The notes beneath the pieces are model-generated. The model did no database searches. It worked only from the letters and a program-made list of their open reading frames with translations, and had not been told where the DNA came from. From a virus (Duplodnaviria; Caudoviricetes), in the IMG/VR virus record IMGVR_UViG_3300021399_000119, positions 51,544 through 115,543 of that record: 64,000 bases of DNA; one strand, 5' to 3'. The position numbers were made by a program, and so were the translations under genes. Below, piece by piece: positions 63,999-64,000 of the stretch (position 1 is its first letter; each line of letters begins with the position of its first letter).

Positions 63999-64000
63999 AG

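Noticed and set aside
63168-64000. Diversity-generating retroelement target
   Set aside because: No reverse transcriptase or template repeat is visible in the window

Overview
This is a 64-kb internal segment of a large, AT-rich dsDNA bacteriophage. The host is probably a Bacillota/Firmicutes gut or rumen bacterium, inferred from sigma-A-type TTGACA-N17-TATAAT promoters, GGAGG ribosome-binding sites and an NrdD-glutaredoxin fusion. All credible genes are on the minus strand and read in standard code 11. In transcription order (right to left): the end of a beta-rich tail/receptor-binding gene; a replication block (SSB, Sak4-like ATPase, DnaB, primase, PD-(D/E)XK nuclease, NrdD); a ~5-kb RNA island with 17 tRNAs, a tmRNA-like mini-RNA and several large uncharacterised structured RNAs (one ROOL-like); a LAGLIDADG nuclease, DnaE and RecD2; a self-promoted tRNA/RNA-repair operon (Rnl1, Pnk-HD, DEDD exonuclease, RlaP-type nucleotidyltransferase, Thg1, CCA enzyme); bS21 and ClpP; and ~18 kb of small early genes with several paralog families. 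The best candidate for an undescribed system is a three-copy, covarying ~55-61-nt bulged-stem RNA motif (AGAGCCYATRCTTATTTC...AGYTRGGCCT). Two copies sit just upstream of a 669-aa helical/TerD-like protein. The third lies in the tRNA array and carries a tRNA-Thr anticodon-arm mimic, which suggests a Ro60/Y-RNA-analogous ribonucleoprotein. All calls were made by eye; no database searches were run.
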